From: a candidate division FCPU426 bacterium
Lineage (GTDB): Bacteria > Oederibacteriota > JAAXVQ01 > JAUVAV01
DNA length: 64,000 nt
Direction: 5' to 3'
Assembly (NCBI GenBank): GCA_040756875.1
Contig: JBFLYH010000002.1
Span: 1 to 64,000, forward strand
Shown: positions 38,363 through 48,189 of the stretch, one piece after another
Layout of the letters: each line of letters opens with the position of its first letter
Numbering within the stretch: position 1 is the first letter of the stretch
Position numbers and translations under genes: made by a program
Notes under the pieces: generated by a model
Told to the model about the DNA's origin: nothing
Database searches by the model: none
The model's input: only the letters and a program-made list of their open reading frames with translations

Positions 38363-40563
38363 TCGGCTTCCCTCCGGTCGCAGCTGGCGGTCTGGAGCGT
38401 GAACTTCAATTCATCGCGGCGGGCGACCCCGTCCCGGTTTGTCCTGCCGGCGGAGGCTTCCGGATCCTCGCAATGCAATGTGCAGACCTCCCCGGTGCGG
38501 ACCAGGGCCAGCGGCCGCGGTTCCTGCAGGTACACCATGCCGCTGCCCGTGACTTCGACCCGGAGTCCGTACCCGTCGAGAATGCGCAGCGCGTCCCGCA
38601 GGGAGTGGCCGGAGACCCGCGGCATCACGACCTGGGTCCGCTCGCCGGCCTGCTGCTGGTCGCCGCAATACAGCATAACCGGCGAATCCGCGTTGGTGGC
38701 AAGCCCCGCGGCCGGACGCTGGCCCAGGACTTTTTCGCCGCCGCCCACCCGCCGGGCGCGCAGGCCCGCTTTCCGCAACCGGTTCTCGGCCTCCGCGGCC
38801 GGCAAGCCGCTGCATGCCGGGACTTTCAGCGTACCACCCACCAGCGCGCCGTCCGGCGGGCAGGCCGGGGTGGCCAAGGTGTAGACCTTGCCGCTGTTCG
38901 GCGGCAGGCCCGCATACGCCACCAGCTGGCGGGTGATTTCGCGGAACACCGGGCCGGCCACCGTGCCGCCCCACTGCACGCCCCGGGGCTCGTCCATGAC
39001 GACCGTGATCAAATACTGGGGGCGTTCGGCCGGCAGGAAACCGATGAACGACGCCACGTGGTGAACCGGATCGTACCCGCCACCCCGGGCCAGGGATTTC
39101 TGGGCCGTGCCGGTTTTGCCCGCAATGCTGTAGGGCTGCAGGTCCGCCTCCACGCCCGTGCCCTCGCGCACCACGTCCGCCAGCAGGGTGCGCAGGCGGG
39201 AGGCGGTCTGGGCCGAGATCACGCGCTCCTCGGGCAGCGGCCGGTTGACGGTGGATTTCAAGTCATCCGGCCGCCGGAGTTCCTTGACGATCCACGGCCG
39301 GACGCGCAGGCCGTCATTGGCCACGGTCGCGTAGGCCGAAGCCATTTGCATGGTGGTCACGGCCACGCCCTGGCCGAAGGGAACGGACACGGCCGTCCAG
39401 CGGCGCCACTCCCGGAAGGGCCGCAGCAGTCCGGACACCTCGCCCGGCAGGTCCACCTGCGTGGGCCGTCCGAAACCGAACGCCTGCGCATAGCGGGACA
39501 ATTTCTCGGCGCCGACCTTGAGCCCGATCTTGACCGCCCCGATGTTGCTCGAGTACCTCAGGATCTCAGCCACCGTGATCCGGCCGCGGGGTTCGTGGTC
39601 CCGGACCACCAGGCCTGAAAAAACCGCATGGCCCTCCTCGCAATCGATCACGTCGCTTTCAACCACCGCCCGCTCTTCCAGGGCCGCGGCCAGGGTCACC
39701 AGCTTGAACGTGGAGCCGGGCTCGTAAATGTCGCAGATCGCCCGGTTGCGCCGGACGCCGGCCGGAAACCGCCCGAAATCGTTCGGGTCAAAATCCGGCT
39801 GGTTGGCCAGCGCCAGGATTTCCCCGGTGCGGGGATCCATGATCAGCGCCGACCCGGCCTTGGCCCCGCTGCGCTCCAGGCCCTGCGCCAGCTCCCGCTC
39901 GGCGATGTGCTGCAGCACCTTGTCCAGGGTCAGGTACACGTCCAGCCCGGGATGGGACGTCTTGTGGACGCGGGTCGTGGCCGGCAAGGCCTGACCACGC
40001 GCGTCCCGGGCGATGCGGATCCAGCCGCTCTGGCCGCGAATGTCCCGGTCCAGGCTGAGTTCGATCCCCGCCAGTCCCTGGTTGTCGAGGCCTGCGAACC
40101 CCAGCACGTGGCAGGCCAGGCGCCCCTCGGGATAGACGCGCTCGGTTTCCTTGAGCGCATGAATGCCCGGAAGCTTCAAGGCCAGCACCTGCGAGGAGAC
40201 GTTGTCCTCCACCTTGCGCTTGATCCACACGAACGCTTTGCGGCTGCGGAGGCGCTGCTCGAGCCGGGGCGCGGACACGCCCAACAGCCCGGATAAACGC
40301 GCCGCCGTCTCCCGCGGATGCTTGATTTCCGCCGGCACGGCGTAAAAGGACCGGACCTCGCGGTTCAGGGCCAGCGGCCTGCCCTGGCGGTCGAAAATCC
40401 GGCCGCGTGCGGGCTGGACCTCGATGGTCCGCTCCTGCTGCCGGAAGGCGAGCTGGGAAAGGTGCTGATGCTGGATGATCTGCAAATAAAACAGGCGCCC
40501 GGTCAGCAGCACGAACACCGCGCCGAAACCGGCCGCCAGCACCACCAGCCTGCGATTGCTCAT
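38359..40563 (-). CDS. ftsI: class B penicillin-binding protein with two PASTA domains
   Basis: RGRIFDR, EPGSTFK (SxxK), SSN, KTG; two PASTA-like repeats; start at MSNRR. Confidence 0.93.
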   Translation of the reverse strand: MSNRRLVVLAAGFGAVFVLLTGRLFYLQIIQHQHLSQLAFRQQERTIEVQPARGRIFDRQGRPLALNREVRSFYAVPAEIKHPRETAARLSGLLGVSAPRLEQRLRSRKAFVWIKRKVEDNVSSQVLALKLPGIHALKETERVYPEGRLACHVLGFAGLDNQGLAGIELSLDRDIRGQSGWIRIARDARGQALPATTRVHKTSHPGLDVYLTLDKVLQHIAERELAQGLERSGAKAGSALIMDPRTGEILALANQPDFDPNDFGRFPAGVRRNRAICDIYEPGSTFKLVTLAAALEERAVVESDVIDCEEGHAVFSGLVVRDHEPRGRITVAEILRYSSNIGAVKIGLKVGAEKLSRYAQAFGFGRPTQVDLPGEVSGLLRPFREWRRWTAVSVPFGQGVAVTTMQMASAYATVANDGLRVRPWIVKELRRPDDLKSTVNRPLPEERVISAQTASRLRTLLADVVREGTGVEADLQPYSIAGKTGTAQKSLARGGGYDPVHHVASFIGFLPAERPQYLITVVMDEPRGVQWGGTVAGPVFREITRQLVAYAGLPPNSGKVYTLATPACPPDGALVGGTLKVPACSGLPAAEAENRLRKAGLRARRVGGGEKVLGQRPAAGLATNADSPVMLYCGDQQQAGERTQVVMPRVSGHSLRDALRILDGYGLRVEVTGSGMVYLQEPRPLALVRTGEVCTLHCEDPEASAGRTNRDGVARRDELKFTLQTASCDRREAE

Positions 40564-40601
40564 GTCCGCTCGCAAATAACGCTCCTTGGCCAGGCTCGGC
40601 T

Positions 40602-41036
40602 CTAGGGCCGGGGGCCTGATGGCTTCATCCAGGCGGCCACCCGCTGCCACCAGGAAGACATGCCGCCCCTCGGGGCGGCCGGATCCACCAAAAAAACCAC
40701 CTGTTCGCTGCGCGGCGGGGCGAGCTTCAATTCCTCCCGCGCCAGCGCTTCCACGCGCTGGAGGCTGATGAGCGCGTTCCGCTGGCTGAGCAGGCGGCGG
40801 TGCTCCTCGGCCAGCTGCTGCACCTGCTGCTGGTGCTGGTTCAGCAGATACCCCAGCTTCATCACCTGCATCTGCTGCCAGGCCCGCACGAAAAACAGCC
40901 CCAGCGCCAGGGCGATCACGCCCAGGACCAGGGTCAGCCGCCGGACCGCCAGCCCGCCGCGCTGCTGCTGCTCCTGCAGGAAATAAATCGTCACGAATTC
41001 GCGGTCCAGCCGGCTGGTGAGCCTGCGCACGTTCAC
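40602..41036 (-). CDS. ftsL: cell division protein FtsL
   Basis: Single TM plus coiled coil, RVEALAREELKL..P; lies between rsmH and ftsI. Confidence 0.8.
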   Translation of the reverse strand: MNVRRLTSRLDREFVTIYFLQEQQQRGGLAVRRLTLVLGVIALALGLFFVRAWQQMQVMKLGYLLNQHQQQVQQLAEEHRRLLSQRNALISLQRVEALAREELKLAPPRSEQVVFLVDPAAPRGGMSSWWQRVAAWMKPSGPRP

Positions 41037-41037
41037 G

Positions 41038-41931
41038 TCAGCCCTCCCTGCGGCGCGCGGCCCGCAGGCGGGCGCTGCGGGCGCGCGGATTTTCGCGCCG
41101 CTCCGCTTCGCCGGGCCGCACCACGTGCGGCGTCAGCCGCTCCCAGCCTTCTTCCCGCAACGCCAGCTTCACAATGCGGTCCTCCAAGCTGTGAAAGCTG
41201 ATGACCACCAGCCTCCCGCCCGGTGCGATGAGGCCGCGGGCGTCGGCCATGGCTTCGCGCAGCCCTTCCAGCTCCTCGTTCACCGCCAGGCGCAGCGCCT
41301 GGAAGGCCCGCGTGGCAGGGTGGATTTTGCCCCTGCGGCCTCCGCAGGCCCGCGCGGCCAGGGCCGCGAACTCGGTGGTCAGGCGCAGCGGGCGGTGGTG
41401 GACCACCGCCTGCGCCAGCCGCCTGGACCTCGGCTCCTCGCCGAGCGTATAGAACAAATCGGCCAATTCGCGTTCTGAGGCGTGGTTGAGGATGTCGGCC
41501 GCCGTGCGCGCCTGGCGTTGATCCATGCGCATGTCCAAAGGACCGGGTTGGAGGAAGGAGAAACCGCGCGTCGCGTTGTCGAGTTGAAAGGAGGAGACGC
41601 CCAAGTCCATGATCATGCCGCGCACGGCCGGAATCCCCTGCTCCCGGATGACCCGCGGCAATTCCCTGTAATTCGCCTGCACCAGCACCAACCGCCCGCC
41701 GTATCCGGCGAGGCGTTCCGAAGCCACGGCTAGCGCGTCGCGGTCACGGTCGATTCCCAGCACCCGTCCGCCGGGCGCCACCGCTTCCAACAAGGCCGCC
41801 GTGTGCCCGCCCCCGCCCACGGTGGCATCCACCCACCACCCTTCGGGCCGCGGGTCGAGCCACTGCAGCGTTTCGGCGAGCAAAACCGACCGATGCCGCC
41901 CCGCATTCGGCCCCGGATCCGTGGGGACCAT
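41038..41931 (-). CDS. rsmH: 16S rRNA m4C1402 methyltransferase
   Basis: HRSVLLAE, DATVGGGGH, DLGVSS, LDMRMD, FHSLEDR, NPRARSARLR. Confidence 0.97.
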   Translation of the reverse strand: MVPTDPGPNAGRHRSVLLAETLQWLDPRPEGWWVDATVGGGGHTAALLEAVAPGGRVLGIDRDRDALAVASERLAGYGGRLVLVQANYRELPRVIREQGIPAVRGMIMDLGVSSFQLDNATRGFSFLQPGPLDMRMDQRQARTAADILNHASERELADLFYTLGEEPRSRRLAQAVVHHRPLRLTTEFAALAARACGGRRGKIHPATRAFQALRLAVNEELEGLREAMADARGLIAPGGRLVVISFHSLEDRIVKLALREEGWERLTPHVVRPGEAERRENPRARSARLRAARRREG

Positions 41932-41934
41932 GGT

Positions 41935-42291
41935 TCAGGCGGCCATGACTTTATCGACCCGCATGGCGCCAAGCGCGGCTTCGCGGTCGTTGTAGATGCG
42001 AAACATTTTCGCCATCCCCGTCAGTTCGAAAACGCTGTGCAGGATAGGATTAAGCCCGGTCAGAACGACGTCGCCTTTCTGCCAGCGCGCCCGACGGACG
42101 CTTTCAGCCAAAATACCCAGGCCGGTGGCATTGATATGGCCGACCCGCGAAAAATCCAGGACAATGTGCGCGCAACCGCGTTGCAGCAGCGTCGTCAGGG
42201 TATTGCGGACATTCACCACTTCCGGCATATCCAGGTCGCACAGCGGCGTCACCACCGCCGTCTCCTCGGTGCACTGGGTTTTCATCGCCAC
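41935..42291 (-). CDS. STAS-domain (anti-anti-sigma-like) protein
   Basis: DLD, IVLDFSRVGHINATGLGIL, VFELTG; SpoIIAA/RsbV-like; AAGGAGG upstream. Confidence 0.88.
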   Translation of the reverse strand: MAMKTQCTEETAVVTPLCDLDMPEVVNVRNTLTTLLQRGCAHIVLDFSRVGHINATGLGILAESVRRARWQKGDVVLTGLNPILHSVFELTGMAKMFRIYNDREAALGAMRVDKVMAA

Positions 42292-42331
42292 GTTTTCTCC
42301 ACCTCCTTCCTTGGCATGAATGGCTCTCGGC

Positions 42332-42769
42332 TCACAGATCCTGAATATTTTCCGCGATCTCTTCCAGCGATTTTCCGTCTTTCAAGTAGGCCTGCCATCT
42401 TTCGGGCGACCAGATTTCGAAACGGTTCGACACGCCCACGATGACGACTTCCCTCGTCAGCCCGGCGTATTGGCGCAAGCCGGCCGGAAGCATAATGCGG
42501 CCCTGTTTGTCCAGCGGACATTCCACGGCGCCGGCCAGCAGGCGGCGCACGAAATAACGGTCATCGCCGCGGTTCAAGGGACGGTGAATGATTTTTTCTT
42601 GGAAGGATTTCCATTCGTCCAGCGGATAGCCGAACAGGCAGGTATCCAGGCCCTGGGTGATGATGAGTTTTTCCGGGAGTTGTTTTTCTGCAAGGATTTC
42701 GCGGAAACGCGAAGGGACGGAGAGCCGGCCCTTGTCATCCATTATATATTCGTATGTGCCTAGGAACAT
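42332..42769 (-). CDS. mraZ: transcriptional regulator MraZ
   Basis: MFLGTY...DDKGR, LDKQGRI, EIW. Confidence 0.97.
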   Translation of the reverse strand: MFLGTYEYIMDDKGRLSVPSRFREILAEKQLPEKLIITQGLDTCLFGYPLDEWKSFQEKIIHRPLNRGDDRYFVRRLLAGAVECPLDKQGRIMLPAGLRQYAGLTREVVIVGVSNRFEIWSPERWQAYLKDGKSLEEIAENIQDL

Positions 42770-42772
42770 ACG

Positions 42773-42802
42773 TTTTCCCCACTTTCCACCACTTTTCCCC
42801 AC
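42773..42802 (-). promoter_or_regulatory. MraZ-binding repeats
   Basis: GTGGGGAAAA-GTGGTGGAAA-GTGGGGAAAA: three GTGG boxes at 10-bp spacing upstream of mraZ. Confidence 0.85.
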
Positions 42803-42812
42803 TACATGGGTT

Positions 42813-42841
42813 AATTTACCCCCCGGGCCATATTTTGTCAA
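42813..42841 (-). promoter_or_regulatory. dcw operon promoter
   Basis: TTGACA-17 bp-TAAATT on the minus strand. Confidence 0.75.
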
Positions 42842-42989
42842 TAAATAAAAGTGAATTGACCCACTTTTTTTCTAATAAAATCAAAACAAAACCAGAATCA
42901 GGCCAGGTGGGTCAGGCTTAAAAACAGGGGTTTGGAGGAAGGGAGGAGCCATGTGGAAAACCTGGGAAAACCGCGAAAATCACGAATCA

Positions 42990-43070
42990 GCCACAGATAC
43001 ACACTGATGCACTCAGATAAAATCCTGGTTTATTATCCTAAACCTTATTGTATCTGTGTTTATCTGTGGC
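42990..43070. repeat. hairpin with CACAGAT-type tandem-repeat arms
   Basis: GCCACAGATACACACTGATGCA vs TGTATCTGTGTTTATCTGTGGC (imperfect IR). Confidence 0.7.
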
Positions 43071-43095
43071 AATTTTTGCGATTTTGGCAGGAAAT

Positions 43096-43137
43096 AAAAA
43101 AGCGTTGCCCGGCCGCAGGGAGCAGCCGGACAACGCT
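43096..43137 (-). terminator. rho-independent terminator of rplM-rpsI
   Basis: AGCGTTG...CAACGCT stem followed by a T run on the minus strand. Confidence 0.7.
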
Positions 43138-43152
43138 GGGACTGCCAAAAAA

Positions 43153-43590
43153 TTATCTCTTGGAGAACTGGAACCGCTTGCGCGCGCCTGGACGGCCGTA
43201 TTTTTTGCGTTCCACCATGCGCGCATCGCGCGTCAGCATGCCCGCTTTGGACAGCGCCGCGCGCAAATCCGGGTCCGCGTTCACCAGGGCCCGCGCCACG
43301 CCGTGCTGAATGGCGCCGGTCTGGCCGTTGAGGCCGCCGCCGGTGACCGTGACGTGCACGTCGAACTGGCTGCCCGTGGAAGTCAGTTCCAGCGGCAACC
43401 GCACCAACAGGCGCTGATTCGCGAAGGGAAAGTACTCTTCCAAGGGACGGTCGTTAATGAAGAAATTTCCCTGGCCCGGCTCCAACAGCACGCGGGCAAT
43501 GGCTGTTTTACGCCTGCCGGTGCCCATGAATTTTTTGTGATTTTTTTCTTCGCTCACGGCCGGGGTGGCGTTGGACTCTGACATTGTCAA
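43153..43590 (-). CDS. rpsI: 30S ribosomal protein S9
   Basis: [30 protein letters not shown]. Confidence 0.98.
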   Translation of the reverse strand: MTMSESNATPAVSEEKNHKKFMGTGRRKTAIARVLLEPGQGNFFINDRPLEEYFPFANQRLLVRLPLELTSTGSQFDVHVTVTGGGLNGQTGAIQHGVARALVNADPDLRAALSKAGMLTRDARMVERKKYGRPGARKRFQFSKR

Positions 43591-44015
43591 ATCTCCACTT
43601 TTTCAGGTTTCTGCGCCTGCTGCTGATGCTCGGCGCCGCGGTAAACGATCAGTTTGCGGAACATGGCCCGCCCGATCGAATTTTTGGGAAGCATGCCTTT
43701 CACCGCCAGCTCGAAGACCCGTTCCGGGTGTTCGGCCAGCAGGCGCTCATACGGGGTGTGGCGGTCGCCACCCGGCCAGCCGGAATGGCGGTAATCCAGT
43801 TTTTGGGTCAGTTTCTTTCCGGTCAGGCGGATTTTGGAAGCGTTGACCGCCACCACGTGGTCGCCCGTGTCCAGATGGGGTGTGTACATGGGATTGTTTT
43901 TGCCCTTGAGAATCGCGGCCACGCGGCTGGCTGCCCGGCCCAGGACCTTGCCGTCCAGGTCGACCAAATACCACTTGCGAGCCACCTTCCCTTTTTTGGG
44001 AAAAGGTGTAGACAT
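43587..44015 (-). CDS. rplM: 50S ribosomal protein L13
   Basis: [33 protein letters not shown]. Confidence 0.98.
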   Translation of the reverse strand: MSTPFPKKGKVARKWYLVDLDGKVLGRAASRVAAILKGKNNPMYTPHLDTGDHVVAVNASKIRLTGKKLTQKLDYRHSGWPGGDRHTPYERLLAEHPERVFELAVKGMLPKNSIGRAMFRKLIVYRGAEHQQQAQKPEKVEI

Positions 44016-44104
44016 ATCCTGCCTCCTGCGTCATGAACGAATGAACCACCCTGCAGCCAACTGCCGCTGATGTGCGGTGGAGAGAGAGGGTTAGAGAAGC
44101 CGGT

Positions 44105-44133
44105 AATTTACCCAATTCGCCCCATTCTGTCAA
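44105..44133 (-). promoter_or_regulatory. rplM promoter
   Basis: TTGACA-17 bp-TAAATT on the minus strand. Confidence 0.7.
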
Positions 44134-44150
44134 GATAAAAAATGGAACAA

Positions 44151-45437
44151 CTATCTCTTCCGGGACTGTAAAAAACCTCCGGGGCAAAGCGGGGCTTTCC
44201 GGGCAAATAGATCAGCCTCGGCCGCCGCACGCAGGCGGTCCAACCGTGGCGGTTTTCTCCCGTCGAAGAAATCGCTGGCTAAAAAATAACGCAGATCCCG
44301 CAACCACATGCGAAAATAAGGGTAATCGCTCCGCAGGCGTCGAAGCCACCCCCGCGGATCGCGCCAAGAATGCCGCGCAAATCCCAGCAGCTCCGAGGGG
44401 TCGCGAAAGCATTCCCAGTCGCAAGCCCGGCAATCGCCCGGCGGATTGGTTTTCCAGCGCTTTTCCCAAAAAGGTCCCAACGAATCCGGCAGGTATCCGC
44501 AGGCATAGGTCAAGTGATCGCGGGCCGAGATAAAAAAGAAGTGCGAACCTCCCAGGCAGGGGTATGGGGCTGGAGTGCGGCCTGCATGCTGCCTAACCAG
44601 GGCCTGGAGCGAAACCCGCGGGGAAAAAATGCGCACACGCCCCCGGAACTCGGGCACTGTGTCCTGCCAGGCTTGCAGCAGCCACTGCCTCTCCACCCGG
44701 TTGTAATCCATAATGGCATCCGCGGACGCCGCGGCATACACCGGAGCCTGGCCTCCCTCTTCCAGGCCCATGGGGTAGCAGGCGTTGACCAGGGTGAAGC
44801 CCAAGTCCAGAATCAGGTTGAGGTAACCGCGAAACGCCCGGCAATAGCCTTGGTAAAAAGCGGCGATGGCCGCAGGATCCGGCTCTGGCTCTAGGCGCAG
44901 GTGTTCGGTTTCCTTGCCGCCTATCAGACGGTTGAGTCCCAGATTGGCCGCCGGATACAACCCCCAGGCATGAAACCGCGGCAGGTTTTTTTCCAGGCTG
45001 CGGATCAGCCCCGGCAATCCCCGCAGTTGCTCATGCACGCGGGGTTCGGCGGAATCCAGGCTGATCCAAAAATTCCGCACCGGCGAGGACGCCAACTCGG
45101 CAATGCGGTCAGCCACGCGGGACGGCTCGTCGCTCAGCCAGAAGCCATTGGTGCCGGTGCGTAAAAACGGAATGCCCAGGCTGCCGGCGTAGCGCAGCAA
45201 AGCAACCACGTCGTCAAAATGGAGAAAGGGTTCGCCGCCCGTCAGCGAAACAATTCCCACGCCCTCTTCCGCTGCCGTATCCAAAATGCGGCGTGCGGTG
45301 TCGAGGGAAAGCCGGCGGCGGGCCCCGGGCTGCGAAGCTCTCATGCCGCATTGCGGGCAACTGGCATTGCAATGCTCGGTCAGCTGGATGATTACTTGGC
45401 GGGGCAGGCCGGGATGAAACATTTGCCGCAAACGCAT
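44151..45437 (-). CDS. radical SAM protein with a Cys-rich C-terminal (SPASM/twitch-like) region
   Basis: CNASCPQC, TGGEP, TNG, ISLDS; CLGG...ACG...CRACDWECFRDP; start placed at MRLRQ. Confidence 0.88.
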   Translation of the reverse strand: MRLRQMFHPGLPRQVIIQLTEHCNASCPQCGMRASQPGARRRLSLDTARRILDTAAEEGVGIVSLTGGEPFLHFDDVVALLRYAGSLGIPFLRTGTNGFWLSDEPSRVADRIAELASSPVRNFWISLDSAEPRVHEQLRGLPGLIRSLEKNLPRFHAWGLYPAANLGLNRLIGGKETEHLRLEPEPDPAAIAAFYQGYCRAFRGYLNLILDLGFTLVNACYPMGLEEGGQAPVYAAASADAIMDYNRVERQWLLQAWQDTVPEFRGRVRIFSPRVSLQALVRQHAGRTPAPYPCLGGSHFFFISARDHLTYACGYLPDSLGPFWEKRWKTNPPGDCRACDWECFRDPSELLGFARHSWRDPRGWLRRLRSDYPYFRMWLRDLRYFLASDFFDGRKPPRLDRLRAAAEADLFARKAPLCPGGFLQSRKR

Positions 45438-45445
45438 GACCAGGC

Positions 45446-46378
45446 CTATTTGGCCAAAGAACGGCGAAAACGCTGCAGCCGCCGCAAGAACCTGGCCCTG
45501 CGGCGTTCGCAGTCCAAACGGCCCAGGCGCACACCCTCCTGCAGGTGGCGGATCATAACCATGACCAGCAACCCCTCTTCCACGTTGGTTTGAAAACGGT
45601 CGGCCGTGGCGACCAGGTTCTCCAACAGTGCGATATGCGAAACGCCGTCCTGGCAGGCGCCAAGCCGGTCTTGCATCTCCTTCCAGGCGCGGCTGCTTTT
45701 TTTTATTTTTTTTGAAAACAGCGGGGCATAAAATTCGCACGCGTCGCGCAGGCGCCCGCAGGCGATCCGCAGGTGGTGGAGTTCGCGGGGAGCCATGCCC
45801 GTTATTGGCCGCGCGGATTTTTTCGCGGTTTTTTTAGCCAGCTTGCGCAGAAGGCGGGCAGCTTTGGCAGCGGCCGGCAAGGTTTTACGGCCGGAACCCG
45901 CCTCCGCCTGGCAGAGCAAATCCACAACCAGCTTCCGAAACCGTGCGGACTGCAAATCCGGCAGCACCCGGGCCAGCAAGTCTTCCCGGTGGCTGCTCAT
46001 CTTGGCCAGCAACGCCTCCCCCGCCGGAGTGGGTTGATGCCCGTGCTGCAGCAGTTCGGCGAAGCGCTGCGTCAGGACGTCCCACTCCCTAATCGGCGCG
46101 GCCAGGTCGGCGAATTCCCGCAGCGTGTGCAGGCATTCGTCCGGACTTCCAGCCCAAGCCCAGGGCCCGCCGGTCCGAAGCAGCAGTCCGATTCTATGCA
46201 AAGCCACACGCAGATCGCGGATGCCGTCGCGGCTGCCCCCGGCCGCCACCTGCGCCTGCTGCCACAGCCGCCAGGTTTGCCGCGCAAGCTCTTTGCGGCA
46301 AATCAGGGACCAGTCCTCTTTGCCTTCCAGCCGGAAGGCTGCTGGTTCCCGTCCCCACAGCGCCGCTTTCCCGCTCAT
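45446..46378 (-). CDS. CHAD domain protein
   Basis: DLRVALHR, IREWDV, LHHLRIACGRLR..CE, MQDRLGACQD. Confidence 0.88.
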   Translation of the reverse strand: MSGKAALWGREPAAFRLEGKEDWSLICRKELARQTWRLWQQAQVAAGGSRDGIRDLRVALHRIGLLLRTGGPWAWAGSPDECLHTLREFADLAAPIREWDVLTQRFAELLQHGHQPTPAGEALLAKMSSHREDLLARVLPDLQSARFRKLVVDLLCQAEAGSGRKTLPAAAKAARLLRKLAKKTAKKSARPITGMAPRELHHLRIACGRLRDACEFYAPLFSKKIKKSSRAWKEMQDRLGACQDGVSHIALLENLVATADRFQTNVEEGLLVMVMIRHLQEGVRLGRLDCERRRARFLRRLQRFRRSLAK

Positions 46379-46800
46379 TCGGATATTTTGTCGGAAAGCG
46401 CGTCGAGCAGGCGGGTTAAATGCACCAAATCTTTGAGCCGGCCCTTTTTCGGTTTGAGTTTCAACTCTTGGATTTTTTTGAGCATGGCGGCCAGGCGCTT
46501 GGTGGCCGGCAGCGTGGATTCAGGCGCCTGACCCCGGCTGCCTCCCAGCATCTGAATCAAGTGCATCAGATGCGCATCCTGTTTCAGCGTCAACTGCTGG
46601 GTAATCTCCTTCAGTTCCGCCCGCAGGTTGTTCAGTTCCTGAATCAGGGAGGCCTTGGCCTGTTCCCGGCGTTCCTGGCGCAGCTGCTTCTTGGCGGCTT
46701 TTTTCCGGAACTGCCCGCCTTTCTTTTCAGCTCCACCGTTTTCCTTGCTTTCTTCCCCTTCAACTGCGATCCATGTCATTTCCCGCACCTCCTCCGACAT
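46375..46800 (-). CDS. small basic coiled-coil hypothetical protein
   Basis: Its stop overlaps the CHAD start (ATGA); helical and Lys-rich; start uncertain. Confidence 0.6.
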   Translation of the reverse strand: MSEEVREMTWIAVEGEESKENGGAEKKGGQFRKKAAKKQLRQERREQAKASLIQELNNLRAELKEITQQLTLKQDAHLMHLIQMLGGSRGQAPESTLPATKRLAAMLKKIQELKLKPKKGRLKDLVHLTRLLDALSDKISE

Positions 46801-47503
46801 TGGGATAATAGCGGCCGAGCACTTGTTCGACAGCCGCGCGCAACTCCCGCTCCACCCTGGGGATGGAACGGTTGGCGTTAATCAACTGGAATTGGTATTT
46901 CAGCTGCAGACGCTTGAACTCCAGTGCCATTTTTTTTTGATAGCGGATAAAACTTTCGAACCAATCGCGGGACAATCCCAGATCCATGCCCGATTCCCAG
47001 TAATCCAAGCCTTGGCGCGATTTTAGGGTGCGGGCCACCAGGATCTTCCAGCTTGCCTGTAAAAAAACCACCGCGTTCGGCACTACGGCCATGGAGTAAA
47101 GCGATTCGAGCCACGCCGGATCGGCGCCCCGGACCGAATCGCGGGCCATGAGGGTGAAAATATACCGGTCCGCCAGCACGATCGACCCCGCGCGCATGGC
47201 GGGCACGATGACGTTTTCCAACTGGTCGTAAAAATCGGTGGCGTAAAACAAAGACAGGGTCCGGGGATTAAGAATATTCCCCTGTTTGGCCCGCTCCAGG
47301 GCTTCACCCACCAGCACCGAACGCCGCAGCTTCACCTGGCTGACCGAATGGCCTTTGCGCTCCAGCCAATCGGTCAGACGCTCGATTTGGGTCGAGCGCC
47401 CCGAGGAGTCCATGCCTTCAATGACGATCAGCAGGCCTTTGAGCGCGGAGGGATCGACCCCCGGCGGAGCTTTGTAAAAGCAACGATGGGTCACGGTGTT
47501 CAC
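46760..47503 (-). CDS. thymidylate kinase-like P-loop kinase, copy 2 (variant P-loop)
   Basis: IEGMDSSGRSTQ, LADRY, YWESGMDLGLS. Confidence 0.85.
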   Translation of the reverse strand: MNTVTHRCFYKAPPGVDPSALKGLLIVIEGMDSSGRSTQIERLTDWLERKGHSVSQVKLRRSVLVGEALERAKQGNILNPRTLSLFYATDFYDQLENVIVPAMRAGSIVLADRYIFTLMARDSVRGADPAWLESLYSMAVVPNAVVFLQASWKILVARTLKSRQGLDYWESGMDLGLSRDWFESFIRYQKKMALEFKRLQLKYQFQLINANRSIPRVERELRAAVEQVLGRYYPNVGGGAGNDMDRS

Positions 47504-48189
47504 GCTTTACGCTCCTTAAAGCAGGCCAGGTCGACGGTCCGGCTGACGATCTCGCGAACCTGGCGCTGTTGTTCGTGGATACTCAAGGTGGCATCCACGG
47601 TCGTGAAGTGGTAGGCGGTCGCCAGGCGGTCGTATTGGGCCATGACGCGCTCCTGGAAAAGCCGGAAGCTTTCCTGTATGTCACTCGACAACCCCAGGTC
47701 CATGCCCGCTTCGAAATATTTCAGGCTCGGCCGGCCGGTCAAAATGCGGCCGAGGGCGGTTTGCAGGGGCAGGCGAAAATAGAAAGTCAGGTCCGGCCGC
47801 CGTGCGAAACCATAGAGGTTTTCCAGCCAGGAATCGGCGCACCCCCGCACGGCATCGCGCGCGAAGGCGGTGAACATGTAGCGGTCGCACAGCACCAGGT
47901 AGCCGCCCTTGAGCATGGTCAGAATCTGGCGCTCATAGCGGTCTGCGAAATCGGTGGCGTGGATCAGGCTGAACGTGGCGGGGGTGAGCAGCTGCTGTTT
48001 TTTGCCTTTGCGCGTGGCTTCCCGCACCAGTTGGCTGGAGTTCCATTCGGTAAAGAACACTTTGCAGCCAAGGCCGCTCAGCCAGCGGTATAAAAGATAG
48101 ACCTGGGTCGATTTTCCCGAACCATCCAGACCCTCGACCGCGATCAGCTTGCCGGTAATCGGCGATTCATCCATGGATGGGCCTCCCAA
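47500..48189 (-). CDS. thymidylate kinase-like P-loop kinase, copy 1
   Basis: VEGLDGSGKSTQ, LCDRY, YFEAGMDLGLS. Confidence 0.88.
   Translation of the reverse strand: MGGPSMDESPITGKLIAVEGLDGSGKSTQVYLLYRWLSGLGCKVFFTEWNSSQLVREATRKGKKQQLLTPATFSLIHATDFADRYERQILTMLKGGYLVLCDRYMFTAFARDAVRGCADSWLENLYGFARRPDLTFYFRLPLQTALGRILTGRPSLKYFEAGMDLGLSSDIQESFRLFQERVMAQYDRLATAYHFTTVDATLSIHEQQRQVREIVSRTVDLACFKERKA

Noticed and set aside
20187-43070. Short repeat clusters as CRISPR arrays
   Set aside because: They are inverted-repeat hairpins with no regular repeat-spacer periodicity, and no cas genes are present.
46740-46800. IAVEGEES in the small hypothetical protein resembling the kinase IAVEGLDG
   Set aside because: Too short, has no P-loop, and lies in an overlap region where the start is uncertain; probably coincidence.
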